Assembly: GCF_009834535.1 (NCBI RefSeq)
Contig: NC_045697.1
Coordinates: 24,182,001 to 24,246,000, forward strand
Reading direction: 5' to 3'
From: Camelus ferus
Lineage: Eukaryota
Length of the DNA: 64,000 bases
Shown here: positions 51,956-64,000 of the stretch, one piece after another
Numbering within the stretch: the first letter of the stretch is position 1
Layout of the letters: each line of letters starts with the position of its first letter
The notes under the pieces: generated by a model
The model's database searches: none
What the model saw: the letters and a program-made list of their open reading frames with translations, nothing else
Told to the model about the DNA's origin: nothing
Program-made: the position numbers and the translations under genes

Positions 51956-54417
51956 TTTTCATTTCTTCCCGATTTCTGGGACTATTCTTTTCTTTGCTCT
52001 TGCCATAAATGATTCATCATGTTTTTATAGATTGCCACTTAAATGTTATTTCCTCAGGAAGACTTTCTCTGTCATTTCTCAAGTAGCCCTGTTCTCTCCA
52101 TCACCAGTTGTTCTAACTCTCTAAGTAGGATATAAGCTCAGTGAAGCTGAGGAGTGAGGACGTTATTTTGTTCATGCCAACACTTTGTATATTTCCTATT
52201 ATATGCCAAATACTCCATGTCTTTTGGTTAATTGAATGAATAAAAGAATAAATGTACAATTATCGTAATGAATGGAGTGAAATTTGTATTGACTTAACCT
52301 GTTTTATATGCTCAGGAAGGAAGGGCTTATTATTAATTTAAGAAATAGTAATGAGAGGGAAAAATCATGTCTCAAATCTGTTTCCGCAGTCTTTGTGTGG
52401 GTGTGTATGTATGTTTGGGAGAGAGTTTTTTCTTGAGGGGGGGGCAAATTGGAATAAATATATCCTGTGCCTTTCAATTTCCAGGACTTTGTTTAAATAT
52501 TTTTCCCTGTGTAAAATACACATACAGCATTTCTACTTTTCTACTTTTCAATATTTATTCTTTTTTACTGACCATATCAAATGACACATCTGCCAAGAAA
52601 AATCGGGGGTTATCTACCACACATGCTGGCTTCTTCCACTGGGTCCCTCCGATGCTCTCTTTGTATCTCTGGCTTACCTTTTTTTATCTGTCATCCAAAC
52701 CTGTCCCTCGAAGTCAGGAAGCAAGTTCCTGAAAGTCAAAGCCCATCTTACTTATTCTCTCAGTTACTATAAATTCCAATATGTATATGACAAGTTATGG
52801 ATAAATATTTAACTTAAAGTATATGATCATTTTGCCTTATACTATAGGATAAGAGTCTGATTTAATCTTGAAACTAATTGTAAGATAAAAAGCAGTGTTT
52901 GTTTTTTGCCTTATTAAGTTTAATTCTACTACTTAACACTTAAAGTCCCTGTGTGGTCTCTAAACAAGCCACTTACCTTTTGTAATTTTGCAACAATATT
53001 GCTTAGACACGTCAGTTCAGTAGCCTGGTTTGCTTCTCCTAGCATTTGTTCAAAGCCTGTTCCATGTCCCTACTTCGGTTGGTTTTGTCTCCTTCATTAT
53101 ATCTTATTTCCCATTATGCTACCTTCCAATCACTGAATTCCATTCCCACTGGCTCAGTGCTGGGACCTCATCTTTCCCAAATTCCCAGAACCTTCCAAGA
53201 TAAACACCTTCAATTACAATCACTCCTCACCTCTTCAACAGAGGCCCCTAACAATAAACAACTTACTCAATAGGTAGTTGAAGAATGATTCTCAGATGTG
53301 CTTAGTGTAGCAGAGAACTGGGATGTAATACCGTTTTTATTTATTGAACTCCCATTAGTCTCCACACTGTAGAGGACTAGACTGCTTAATATTTCCCTAG
53401 AAGCACAATTTCAGCAGTGTGATATCTAGCAAAACAATGTTCTGCAATATTAAATATATTCCATCATATACTAAGAAACCATTCTAATAGCATAATAAAT
53501 TAAACATGACTATGATATCAAAATAAGTTAACAAACAATAAACACTTAGAATGTGAGGAAACTCCACGAATTTTTAGATTTTGATTTCAGTATTTACATC
53601 ATGCATTTAGAAAAATGTAATCTTAAATTGTAAGTGGTGTTAGAGGATGAGAAGCTGAAAGCAGGCTTCAAATATACACAATTCCCAAAACACGGGGATT
53701 TAGTAATGTATATGTATAAACATACTGCAGGGAAAAAGACAAGGGTTAAGATGTACGTAGGCTTCCCCATTCTGTCTCTTATCTTCCTTCTTCCTTTTTA
53801 CACCCTGTGTCCTACAGCCCACGCACTGTTCTGCTTCCTGCTCTTGAAGAGTCTTGCACTAGGACTTAACAAAGATTTAAAAATATAATAAAAATCTTAA
53901 TTTTTTCCCAAGGACATCCAAATATTAGTTTGCTACAACTGAAAGCCAGACAGGTACCAAACATTTCAAAACAAATAAACAAACACACAAAAACAGGAAC
54001 AAAACGTAACATTCTATAGAAGGATTAACAAAGGTTTCACTGTATATGGACAGAGAGCTCTGCCTGGGCTCTGCTTTAGATTTCTCCATGGAGGTCATTG
54101 TCTGTTTGCCTGTTTATTAAGTAAACTGCTTACCTGGACTGTACAAACTATTGGAAACCCTTAGTTATGTTTCCTTCCTTCTGTATTACAAAATGTCACA
54201 TGTATGAGAAAGAAGAGAGGGTGGAAGAGAGGGAGAGAGAGAAAGTGGGAGAAGTTTGGAGAGGTTAAGAGAAGAAGAAGAGAAAAAGCAGAGAACAATT
54301 TTAACAAAATCAATACTGACACAGGTAAAATTGAAATAATTCAGAAAACTACTACGTACAACAAACTATATTGTAAAACTGTGAAAGAATAAAAAAAGTC
54401 TACTTTAAAATAATTGT

Positions 54418-54498
54418 TCTCTCTCCCTCTCTCTGTCTCTCTCTCTCTCACTCTTTCACACACACACACAGACACACACACACACACACACACACACA
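54418..54498 (+). repeat. Compound (TC)n(CA)n microsatellite
   Basis: Read directly from the sequence. Confidence 0.92.
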
Positions 54499-55196
54499 GA
54501 GATACTCCAGTCCACTCACAAACTTCCATTCACAAAATAGTAGACTAGAATGCCCAGGGTAGATCTGATCATTCTGATACCTTATTGGAGATGTCAATGT
54601 TTCTACAAAAAGTCCCCAGCAGTATCTCCCCTGTCCATTATTTACCACAGCTCTTGATTACAACCTCTGGGAAGTTATTCCTTTCCCTTTATCTTCCTTA
54701 GATAAATCTGAAGAGGGTCAAAAGTCATTTTAAGTCTCACATTATTCTAATTTCTTTTAATTCAGGATCGTGCATCTATTGGCAGTATAATTTTCAAAAA
54801 CTGTAATGACTTAAAAAAATAATTTTATTATGGTCAACTTACTGTGCCTATAGTTGCATCCATGATCATTTTCCATATGCTAGTCTATTACTAAATTAAA
54901 TTACAGGTTCATTACATTAGCAGGCTTTCAAGGAAGGGTACATCCTTAGGCTCTTGTCTCTGAGCCCTTTTGTCCAACAGAAAGGAATTACTAGATGTTG
55001 CTTATTTAATTGATTGATTTCAACAAGGATATGAAGGCTACACTCTTAATTTTTTAATCAAAGGCTGAGTCTTACTTAGCCTTTGCCACTCAAAAACATT
55101 TTTAATTGATCTTTTAGAAGTTGGGTATAAGAAAAACATATCATTTTAATCCTGCAAATCCAGAATTTCTGGGTTTTCTCTCTCTGTAATTTTGCT

Positions 55197-55941
55197 TGTA
55201 ACTGAGCAGGACCCTATTGTCATCGGTCACCATATGGTATTTGTAATGCTTAATTATAATAGTTTAAGTGGCTTTTCGCACGCTTCTGCTGACCAGCGTT
55301 AGGCTGGAGGGCCGGGGGGGAGCTTGGGTAGATCATCCCCCTTATTTTGCTCCTGACACCTCAGAAATAGCAGTTGGCTGTTTTGTTTATCTTGTTGTTC
55401 ATAACTCACCTCAACTGCGCATGTCTGAAGTTATTTTTAGCCCCTTATGGTTCTTTTGTATTCTGTTGCCCCAGCCTGTGCAGAGGCTGCAGCAGGAGGT
55501 CTCAGGCCTCTGCCTGCTAAAATGCCAGAAGCATATATCCACCTGACTTTAAACCGCACACGTTTTTCTCGAGAGCACTTTTCCACAGACCCCTTTCCTA
55601 AGCACATTTGTTCTGGGCACAAGGATGTTAGAGGAGTTCCCGAGATGGGAGTGAACATCATACCCAGCAGAAAGGGGGCTGACGCATCTGCAGAAACAAG
55701 GACAGCTTTGCAGCAAGCTGTTACCTGTGTGTGATCTCTATGGAAACCAGCACCGCCCTTTGAACTCTTATTATAAAAATCCCCTACCTTCTCTCCCCTC
55801 TGTGAATGTCTCACAGTTTTGGAGACATTAGCTGACTGTGACCTCCTTTGCCTGGAAAAGAAATAAAGCTGCCTTTTCTACTTCATCCAAAACTCTGTCC
55901 TTAATTCGCTAAGTGGGATAGGAGATCAAGTTTTGGCAACA
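55197..55941 (+). mobile_element. ERV1-class solo LTR (745 bp)
   Basis: TGTAAC...GCAACA termini and a 4-bp TSD tgct (55193-55196 / 55942-55945). TATAAAA at 55772 and AATAAA at 55862. GC and CpG content are higher than in the flanks. Confidence 0.88.
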
Positions 55942-56512
55942 TGCTTGTTAACCAGGCAATTACTTTCTACCTCCTGTTTTTCTTCTGGTACCTTTTCAAA
56001 TGCAGCTAATGATGATTGAGGAATCAAGTAATATGCTAACAGCATGCCCATGTGCTTAATCAATTGCTTTTGAAATACTTAATTTTATCAAATGGTTTGT
56101 CTCTGCATTTCATTCAGCCTCTAATAATAAATTCCTTGCTGCCTGGAGCTTGACCCCAAAACAAAAGCCTCATTATTGAACAAAAGTTTTCTATTTCTGG
56201 ATACTAAGTTCTTCATTAGTTAGCTTCCAGGCTGATCCGTAGTTTCAAAGAAACTGAAATTCCCAAAATATTAATGGGGAAAAAATGTTTACTTCTTGTT
56301 TTGATTATATGTTAGTTATCAATAGACTGCTGCTCTGTTCCATCCTCTCTTTAATCCAGAGCCTAAGGTGAAGAGGCACCAGTACACATTGTGCTTCTGA
56401 GCACACGTTGGCCTCCAGGTGGAGAGGAGAGAGCTGTAGTAGAGTCAAGAAATGGCTCTTCAGGCTTTTACTCAAAATGTGCATACTTTCACTCATGATC
56501 TATTAACCCAAG

Positions 56513-56892
56513 TGTTATGGACTGAATTGTGTCCCCCCAAAATATTGAATCCCTAACTCCCAGTGTAATTGTATTTGGAGACAGGGTCTTTAAGGATGTA
56601 GTTAAGGTTAATGAGGTGATAAATGTGGAGCTCTAATCCACTATGACTGGTGTCCTTATTTATAAGGAAAGAGCGACATCAAGGATGCACACCCACGGAA
56701 AATAGGTCATATGAAGACACAGCGAGGAGTCAGCTTTCTGCAAGACAGGAAGAGAAGCCTCACTAGAAACCAAACCTGCCCAAATTTGGTCTTGGACTTT
56801 GAGCCTCCAGAACTGTAAGAAAATAAATTTTCATTGCTTCAACCTCACCAATTTGTGGTATTTTGTTATGACAGCTTGAACAGACTAATACA
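56513..56892 (+). mobile_element. MaLR solo LTR (MLT1B-like)
   Basis: 'tgttatggactgaattgtgtcccccc...gcctccagaactgtaagaaaataaattt...cagactaataca'. 5-bp TSD ccaag/ccaat. Confidence 0.9.
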
Positions 56893-58425
56893 CCAATTTT
56901 GTAACATGCTCAAGACTGACAACAGTGGGATGAGGAAGTATATTCTTCCCCTGAGGAGTCAGTGAGTAGTGAACATTACGTGGTATTCAGCAGAAATGTA
57001 TGAATCACTTCAACAGAGGACAGTAATCATTTTGAACAATAATGCTACCTAGCACAGGGTTTTCCTGCTGGTTAATAGTGAACAGACATGAAAGCAATTT
57101 TAAACTTGGTTCTAGGCCTTTATTATCTCAACTAGTCTAACAAAGTTCCAAACCTCTAGTATCAGTGAGCTTTTTGATGGAGTAAAAATGATTAAAACAA
57201 AAGAAAACGAAAAAGGTTTTTGGAAATAAAAACTGAAAAATTATACTTATAATGATTCCAAAGCAAAGATATTAGAAACCCATTCAAATCTGTACTTATT
57301 GACATGGGACATTAACTGGGGAAATGTCAGTTGTAGGTGCATCTTTGTTTGGACTGATGTGTGACATCTCCAGTATTAAAGAGTCTTGTATGCCATGTTT
57401 ATATTTTTACACTTAATATCTGTTGTTGCCTGTTAGTTAATGTAAGTATATAAATATTAGTCAGTTATGGCCCTTGTCCTTCAAGGAAGGTTTAACCTTG
57501 AAAGAGAGATGGAGGTGGAAAAAGTAAATTAAGAAGCATGATAGAAGCAGAAACTTACGGGAAAGGTAAGATAATAGATAGTAAGATAGTAGAGATGATA
57601 GAGATTGGTATTTCAAGAAGAAAGGGATAATTAAAACTAAAATAAATTTTAAGATTCATTTTTTGTTGATTTATGTCAAAGTAGCAGGGTGTTATAAACT
57701 ACTCCACCTTACAAAATGTTATGACTTAATTCAGTCCTGCAAATACCTGGAAGTGGGGAGTGATACTTCCTTCTCTCCCACTTGCTTCCACCCCTAGTAA
57801 TTAGGGGACCAGAGGACCATCTCCTTCTTTTCCTCTCAGACTTACTGGCATCCTGTTGTGTGACTGGTTCATAATGAGGGCACTAATGGTCTATATTTGT
57901 ATGACCTGAACAACCATATATTGGCATATATAAAGGTGAGGAGGCAAATCTGATTGTACTCTTTTGCTCCTTCAAAATCTGCTTCTAGCATTGAGAGCAG
58001 AGCTTTAAAACTGGTTATGTAAACAGAAGTGGCTTCATAAAACTGTTTCAGCATCCACTGAAATTTAGAAGTTCCAGATCCCCTACTGCTTCTTCAACTG
58101 GAATTCCATCTCTTTGTTTATCTGATTTCCATATTAAACGTCCTCAAAAGCTTAATTTTGAAAAAAAAAAATCCATAGCTAAAATTTGCTTGAGGACTAT
58201 CCATGAAACTTTTTAGTTTAACATACAGGATTTTTGTGGTCTGTTTTTTGTCCTTCTTTCTCCTTATAACCGTCTTGAAACGTTGTGTTGATTTTATTTA
58301 AAATGCTTCCTTTGCCTAGATGCTTCCTTCTAACGCACAATCTCTTCACTTTCACACCACTTATCACACTGTCCTACATCCATTTACTTAACAGTGAGGA
58401 GAACAAAAAGTCACCAATGACCATG

Positions 58426-58941
58426 TGTTATCGAGTCCAAACTTGTTCTGCTCACCATGCAACAGGCCAATAGACTGGAATACAAGGTTTTAGGGCAAGG
58501 TATAATGACTTTACTAGGAAAGCCAGCAGACTAAAATGATGGCAGACTAATGTCCTGGAGAACCATCTTCCCCAAGTCAAAATTCAGACTTGTTTTATAC
58601 TAAAAAGAGGAGTGGGTGTGGTTGTTGCAAACATCTTGGTGTCAGAATCCATTGTTCCTGCAGCTGTCCACATGGGTCAAGTCATGGTGTTTCTGTAAAC
58701 TTCCAACAAGACAAATGTTATTTCTATTCTGCAATTTATTATCTTTATATGAATGGAAAAGTGTTGATACCCTTAAAGGTCAAAGCCTTGAGAATGGGCT
58801 CTCCTGTATATTTTAGGCTGTTGGCAGCATTCTTTTGCGAAAGGTGCAGAACCAGCAAGCCTAAGCCCAGGAAACAGGGCACAGGGTTAGAGGCAAAGAA
58901 ACAGATCTAATACGGAGTCAGATTTATTCTTTTCTACTACA
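58426..58941 (-). mobile_element. ERV1-class solo LTR (MER41-like, 516 bp)
   Basis: TG...CA termini and a 4-bp TSD catg (58422-58425 / 58942-58945). Minus-strand TATAAAA at ~58593-58599 and AGTAAA at ~58510-58515. The family name is tentative. Confidence 0.85.
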
Positions 58942-60699
58942 CATGGACCAAAGGAACAGGGACAAATTTGCTAGTTGGGAATGTACCTCAAGGGTATCAA
59001 AAGGGTTTTTAGTGTCTATATAATAAGAAAGAAGCAAATGTTTTTAAAAGCACTTAAAACTGGATTTAATTGTGATATGTAAGTGACAGTTCTAAAACTT
59101 CAAACTTCAGAGCTCAGCTTTGTCTTGGCTATGGCTTATCCTCTGCAGGATTTTGGCCCAAATAGCTAGAAGTTTAAGCCTTGATCTGTGTGGCAATTTA
59201 TAATCTCAAAACAGAGGGGCTCAGAAATGGAAAATTGAGGCCCAGAGAAGTCAGGAAAATGTGGTGTTAGAAAAAAAGGAACCCTTAAAACATCAATTGA
59301 TCTTCCTCCTACCTCTAAATTGAATAGTCCCTAAATTATCTCATATTCGCTGCATCGAACAAGAAATAAAATTCTATGGACTGCATGGTCCTCTGACTAG
59401 CAATCTCGTTAGAAATCTGCAGACAGAAATCCCTTCTTCATGTCTCTCATTTTAAGTCTAAGTTATTTCCAGCGTCAGTGAAGGCAGCAAACAGCTGTTC
59501 ATCTTCCTTAAGATCTCCATACATTTCACAACAACTCTATTAACAGTCCTTCCTGTCTCTACCTTGAGCTGATATCCGATGATATTTTATTATTATTTTA
59601 GGATTAGCATTTATCTTACACAATTAGCCGCTTTTTCATGTTAATGCTGTACGTCTCTCTACAAGGAGTTTTGTAGGTCATAATATAAGTCAGTCCAACA
59701 TGAAGATGAATTGCTAGGAAGAGGGAAAAAATAGCAAAAAGTGGAATTGATGAATTGGGAAAGAAAATGGTTAGGTCAGGTTAGCTAATGAGCCAAGAAA
59801 GTGAGAAAATTTATTTACAGACTTTCTCTTTTCTTTATGCATCTATAAAGTATTTCCATTAAACAACCTGGGCTTGCTAATGTGTAATAAGAAAAAAAAT
59901 ATGAGGAATATTTTACTTTCCCTAATTATCCTGGCAATCATCTACCAAAACTAATAATAAAAAAGAACATGATTTGATTCTTCTACAGCTGGCTGAATTT
60001 AGTGAAATTAAAAATAAAGTGTTATTGACATTAGCTTCAGAAGATAAAGATCCAAAGCAGTGATTTAACCAGAAAGTGATTAAATTCCATGGATATATAT
60101 GATGGGTCCTGTGTCTGAAAGATTTTTATATTGACTGTTCTTATGGACCTTGTTCTAAAAACTCCCTAAATAAATTACTAACAGTAATCTAAAGCCAGGG
60201 CTAATATAGATGCTACTTTCACAGCTCAAGGATAAAATATTTGTTTAAGAAATAGGTGTGCTAGGCTTTCCCTGAGACTTTTTCTATAATTAATAAGTTG
60301 ATTAATTATATGTGTACAATGAATGATGGTGTCCTGATAATGATTACTGACCCATATGCATTTCCCAAACTGCTGCAAACTTCAGAAATTCAATTACAAG
60401 GTCCAGATGCTGTATATTGCATATGTAAACTGCTTCAGGTAGAAGATTGCATATTAATAACATCGTCTACGTGGGCTAGCTCTGCAACCCAGTGACTTTT
60501 TTGTAAAAATATCTCTTGAAGAAAGCAAATGGTAAACAGAAACTAAATTGTTCCAAATTTATTTCAACCTTCAAGTACATTACACTTTTACTCATCATTA
60601 GGAGTTTTGTTTTAATTATTAAAATCTCAGATACTTTTGTTAGAGATATTTGATATGATTAATATCTTTCAAAGGTAAAAACAGGTTTCTAACCATGTA

Positions 60700-60995
60700 C
60701 TTTTTTTTAATGGAAGTAGAGTCAGTTACAATTCTGGTGTACAATATAATGCTTCAGTTATACATATATTAGTTTTCATATTATTTTTATTATAGGTCAC
60801 TACAAGATAGTGAATATAGTTCCCTGTGCTATACAGAAGAAATTTGGGTTTTTTATCTATTTTATATATAGTAGTTAATATTTGCAAATCTCAAACTTCC
60901 AATTTATTCTTTCCCACCTCCTTCCCCCCAATAACTGTAAGTTTGTTTACTATGTCTGTGAGTCTCTTTCTGTTTTGTGGATAAGTTCATTAGTG
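60700..60995 (-). mobile_element. Camelid/cetartiodactyl L1 3'-end fragment with TSD
   Basis: T-run tail followed by 'ggaagtagagtcagttacaa...ttccctgtgctatacagaagaa...tttgcaaatctcaaacttcc'. TSD tctaaccatgta at 60688-60699 and 60996-61007. Confidence 0.9.
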
Positions 60996-61714
60996 TCTAA
61001 CCATGTATTCTTGACATCTTAGAAACAGTATGTCATTTTTATAAGCCCAAACTCACTTCCATCTGACTCTATAGAGTCCAAAACAGCAACTGATATTTTT
61101 AGAAACATGCAAAAGCCAACCTTTTATTAAAAAAGGAACAAGAACTGAAACCTTCATATCCAGTAGTTGACATGAGTAAATTAATTTTTTAAACACTGAA
61201 ATTTAGTAAGTTTTTCTATTTATAATTTTTCATTCAAGTTAATCATTTATTCATCACACATTTACTGGGTACCTCTTAAGAGCCAGGGTTGGGACTAAGC
61301 ATCTCAAATACAAAGTAAAGCAGTGTGCCCTCCCTGCACTTGAGGAGACGGTTACACAGTAATATAGTGAAGAATTGCCGTGGAGCTTATTAAAAATGTG
61401 GAATTCAGGGTCCTAGCCATTGAGACTTCCAGTTATACTGGGACCATCCTGACAATAGGTGTGATCATTGGTGATTTTGACATGATAGCCTATGAAAAAT
61501 ATTTTGAGGTAGACTTGCCCAAAGAATGGAGAAATACCTGACCAGCCATCTGATGCACGGCCATCCTTCCTCACGTGGTTCCTGAGAGAGAAAGACACAT
61601 ATTAAAGGAAAACTATCAAAAACAAGTTCTCTCCTTTTTTGTCCTCTCTTTTTCTACCACTTCAGCCCACATCTCATCTTCCTTTTTATGGTTTCCTGTT
61701 AATCAAGGAAATAA

Positions 61715-61845
61715 GGTATTCAGAGTCTCATCCCAGACCAGCTGAATCAGAGCCTCCAGGTGAAGCAAAGATCTAAGATCTACTTTTCATTCTTTTTCTC
61801 CCTTCCTTTTATTTTTAATCTCTGGTTGGAGAAGCACTGGTCTTA
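61715..61845. mobile_element. MER5-like hAT DNA transposon remnant
   Basis: 'catcccagaccagctgaatcagagcctccagg' and 'ggttggagaagcactgg'. A second MER5-like piece lies at ~61380-61510. Confidence 0.55.
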
Positions 61846-64000
61846 CAAATGAGCCTGACTCTGAATTTCCATAGTGATGTAACCTTAGGCAAATCAATTA
61901 TGCTTTTTGAGCTTTGATTTGTTCTTTATCTATATAATGGGATTTTTTACTAAATGTTCCCTAAGGTCCTTCCAGCTCTAATATTTTATTATTGATTTTA
62001 ATTTCATTCCAGCTTTATTCATTTCCATTCTGATACAGATTCCTTTTAAGGGAATCCCTTTAAATGAAATCCTTGAGGGTTTTATTGTTGTTTTGTTTTT
62101 TATCTTTAATTACTTCTTCTCTACATTTATTGTCCTCCCCCTTTAAAAATTTATTTTCTTTACCTCCCTTTCTCCCTCAAGTCTTGAAATAATCTCAGGT
62201 TGGAAAATATTTTAAGATCCGTTGCTTTTCTCTTTCTTATTTGTGTTTGAATTTTTTTTTTCTATAGAAGTGAAAAAAAACTGAGAAATCATAAAATGCT
62301 TTGTAATCATTACATTCCGTTTCTAGGGTTGTGATTATTTTTCTTAATTGGATATAATGCCCAACTTTGTACATGAAGAGGATAGAACTTTAATGAGAAG
62401 AATGAGAAAATGAAAATGCTGTACTCAGAGAAACCTGAGGCTTATTCAGTAGGTAAGCCAAGATCTCTTTAAAACTTGGGGACAGAGTCAGGGGAATTGC
62501 AGAATCTCTTTTTAAACATAGGGTGGCAAAAACTCTTGTTTGGATAAATAAATACAGGTAATAGATAAATACCTTATTTGAGGTAAAATAGAACATCAGT
62601 TTAGATAGATGAATATAAGAATTAGGATAATGCTAATTAACTTTGTATATTCCTAGGACCCTTCCAGATCTGAAAGAAATATAAATAAATACCAAAAGTA
62701 AGCCACATAGAGGAAGTACACAATTGTCCCATTAGAAGACATGATTGCCCTAAAAGCATCTGACTTCCAGAATGCCCTTGTCTCCAAGGAGACTGGCTTC
62801 CAAACATCCTAGGCTGATGTAATGTCATGAAGCAAATGGACTTTGCTTATATAAATAGGATACTTTTTAGCAATCCAAGCAGAGTAAGATTCCCGAAAGC
62901 AAGTTGATTCATCAATAACTAAATCTATTCATAATCGAGAATTAACACAACCTCAGCAGCAAGCACTTTCCAGGAATAAATTGTTGTTTATCCACGGTGT
63001 GTAAATTACTCTTTCAAAAGTGTTTTAACAGATGTCACAATTTTATCTGATTTTTCTTCCTCCTCCATCTGCCACTGACTCAAATTCTCCTTACTCCATT
63101 CCCCAGGAACAGCTTTCATCTGCACTTATTTCCTTTAAATATGTAGTAGTCTTTGTTCATTGACTCAATTTTCCTAAAATATGGTTGTTCTAATTAATTT
63201 TACCTAAGTTGACATTAAGAGCCCTGGGGAAATTAATAAGAATCTTACATACGGATCCTTCATAATGTTAAGAAATCTAATCAGATTTACATAAATTTAT
63301 AAATGCCTTTGGTCACTGTAAAGCATGTGTGTGTAATTAGCCTTTGTTATTCAAGGGGCTCACCCAAATGATAACCAGGAAAAAGGAGGAAATTAGTTAG
63401 GAGATAGGATCCAAACACAGTTAAGTATTTTAACTCATTCATGTAACATTTGCTTTGTCTCAGTGTTGATTTTCTGTTTTACACGATGAATTTCCTTCTT
63501 TCAATTATTTTCTAAGAAGCATCCTATTTTTGGCATGAAATATTGATTTTCTTAAAGAAAAATTCAGGAAGGCACATCCTAAGCATGCTTAAGACTTTAA
63601 ATCTACCTGTGATTTTTGAACAGGGGTCATTAATTTGAAAGAATACTAGAATTGACTGTAATATTAATTGTTTTTAAACTGGTAGAGACTAAGTTCTCAC
63701 ATAAATATAGATACGTATATGCATACGTATGTGTGCATTTTTGTTTTCTTTTTCATAATGAGACTAGTGGGACTTTACAGGTTGAATTTATATTGTAGAG
63801 AGTAAAGGAAATTAGTTTATGTAATATTTGAATTGTAGTATAATGTACAGCCTATTATATACGTATAATTAAATGTGTTTAACATGATGAGTAATTATTT
63901 ATACAGTAAGTATGTCTCCCAAAATTCTTCATAGCAAGTTATTTTTTTCCTAAATGTACTACCACAGTTAACCTATATTTTTCCCATTGACGTGCCATTG

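Larger units (their letters stand above)
50280..52250 (+). mobile_element. L2 LINE split by nested LTRs
   Basis: 'catttccacttgaatgtccaat' at ~50335. L2 resumes at 'cacttaaatgttatttcctcaggaagactttctctg' (~52037) and ends 'ttaattgaatgaataaaa'. Confidence 0.65.

Noticed and set aside
55268..55814. Three overlapping ORFs of 92-125 aa
   Set aside because: They lie within a GC-richer solo LTR where stop codons are rarer, and show no gag/pol/env similarity.
55197..58941. A single provirus bounded by the two ERV1 LTRs
   Set aside because: The LTRs have opposite orientations, dissimilar sequences and separate TSDs, with no internal retroviral coding sequence between them.

Overview
This is AT-rich, CpG-depleted eutherian genomic DNA. 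It is almost certainly from a camelid, because it carries two tRNA-derived Vic-1-type SINEs and cetartiodactyl-type L1 3' ends. I found no recognisable protein-coding gene, RNA gene, CRISPR array or prokaryote-like system. The only ORFs with recognisable homology are decayed LINE-1 ORF2 C-terminal pieces. The window looks like gene-desert or large-intron sequence filled with interspersed repeats: young and old L1, L2, L3/CR1, MIR, MaLR/ERVL LTRs, two ERV1-type solo LTRs with 4-bp TSDs, hAT remnants and microsatellites. The most notable observations are (1) a ~108-bp polyadenylated insert of unknown origin with a 14-bp TSD inside an MLT1 LTR at 38258-38365, (2) a low-GC patch at ~14860-15330 that retains CpGs and carries two STAT/GAS motifs plus X-box-like and octamer motifs, (3) a chimeric L1 with a foreign 3' end at 18010-19062, and (4) two convergent solo LTRs with a speculative chain of minus-strand exon-like segments downstream of one of them. 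Repeat family names come from pattern recognition, not a database search, and the boundaries of old repeats are approximate.
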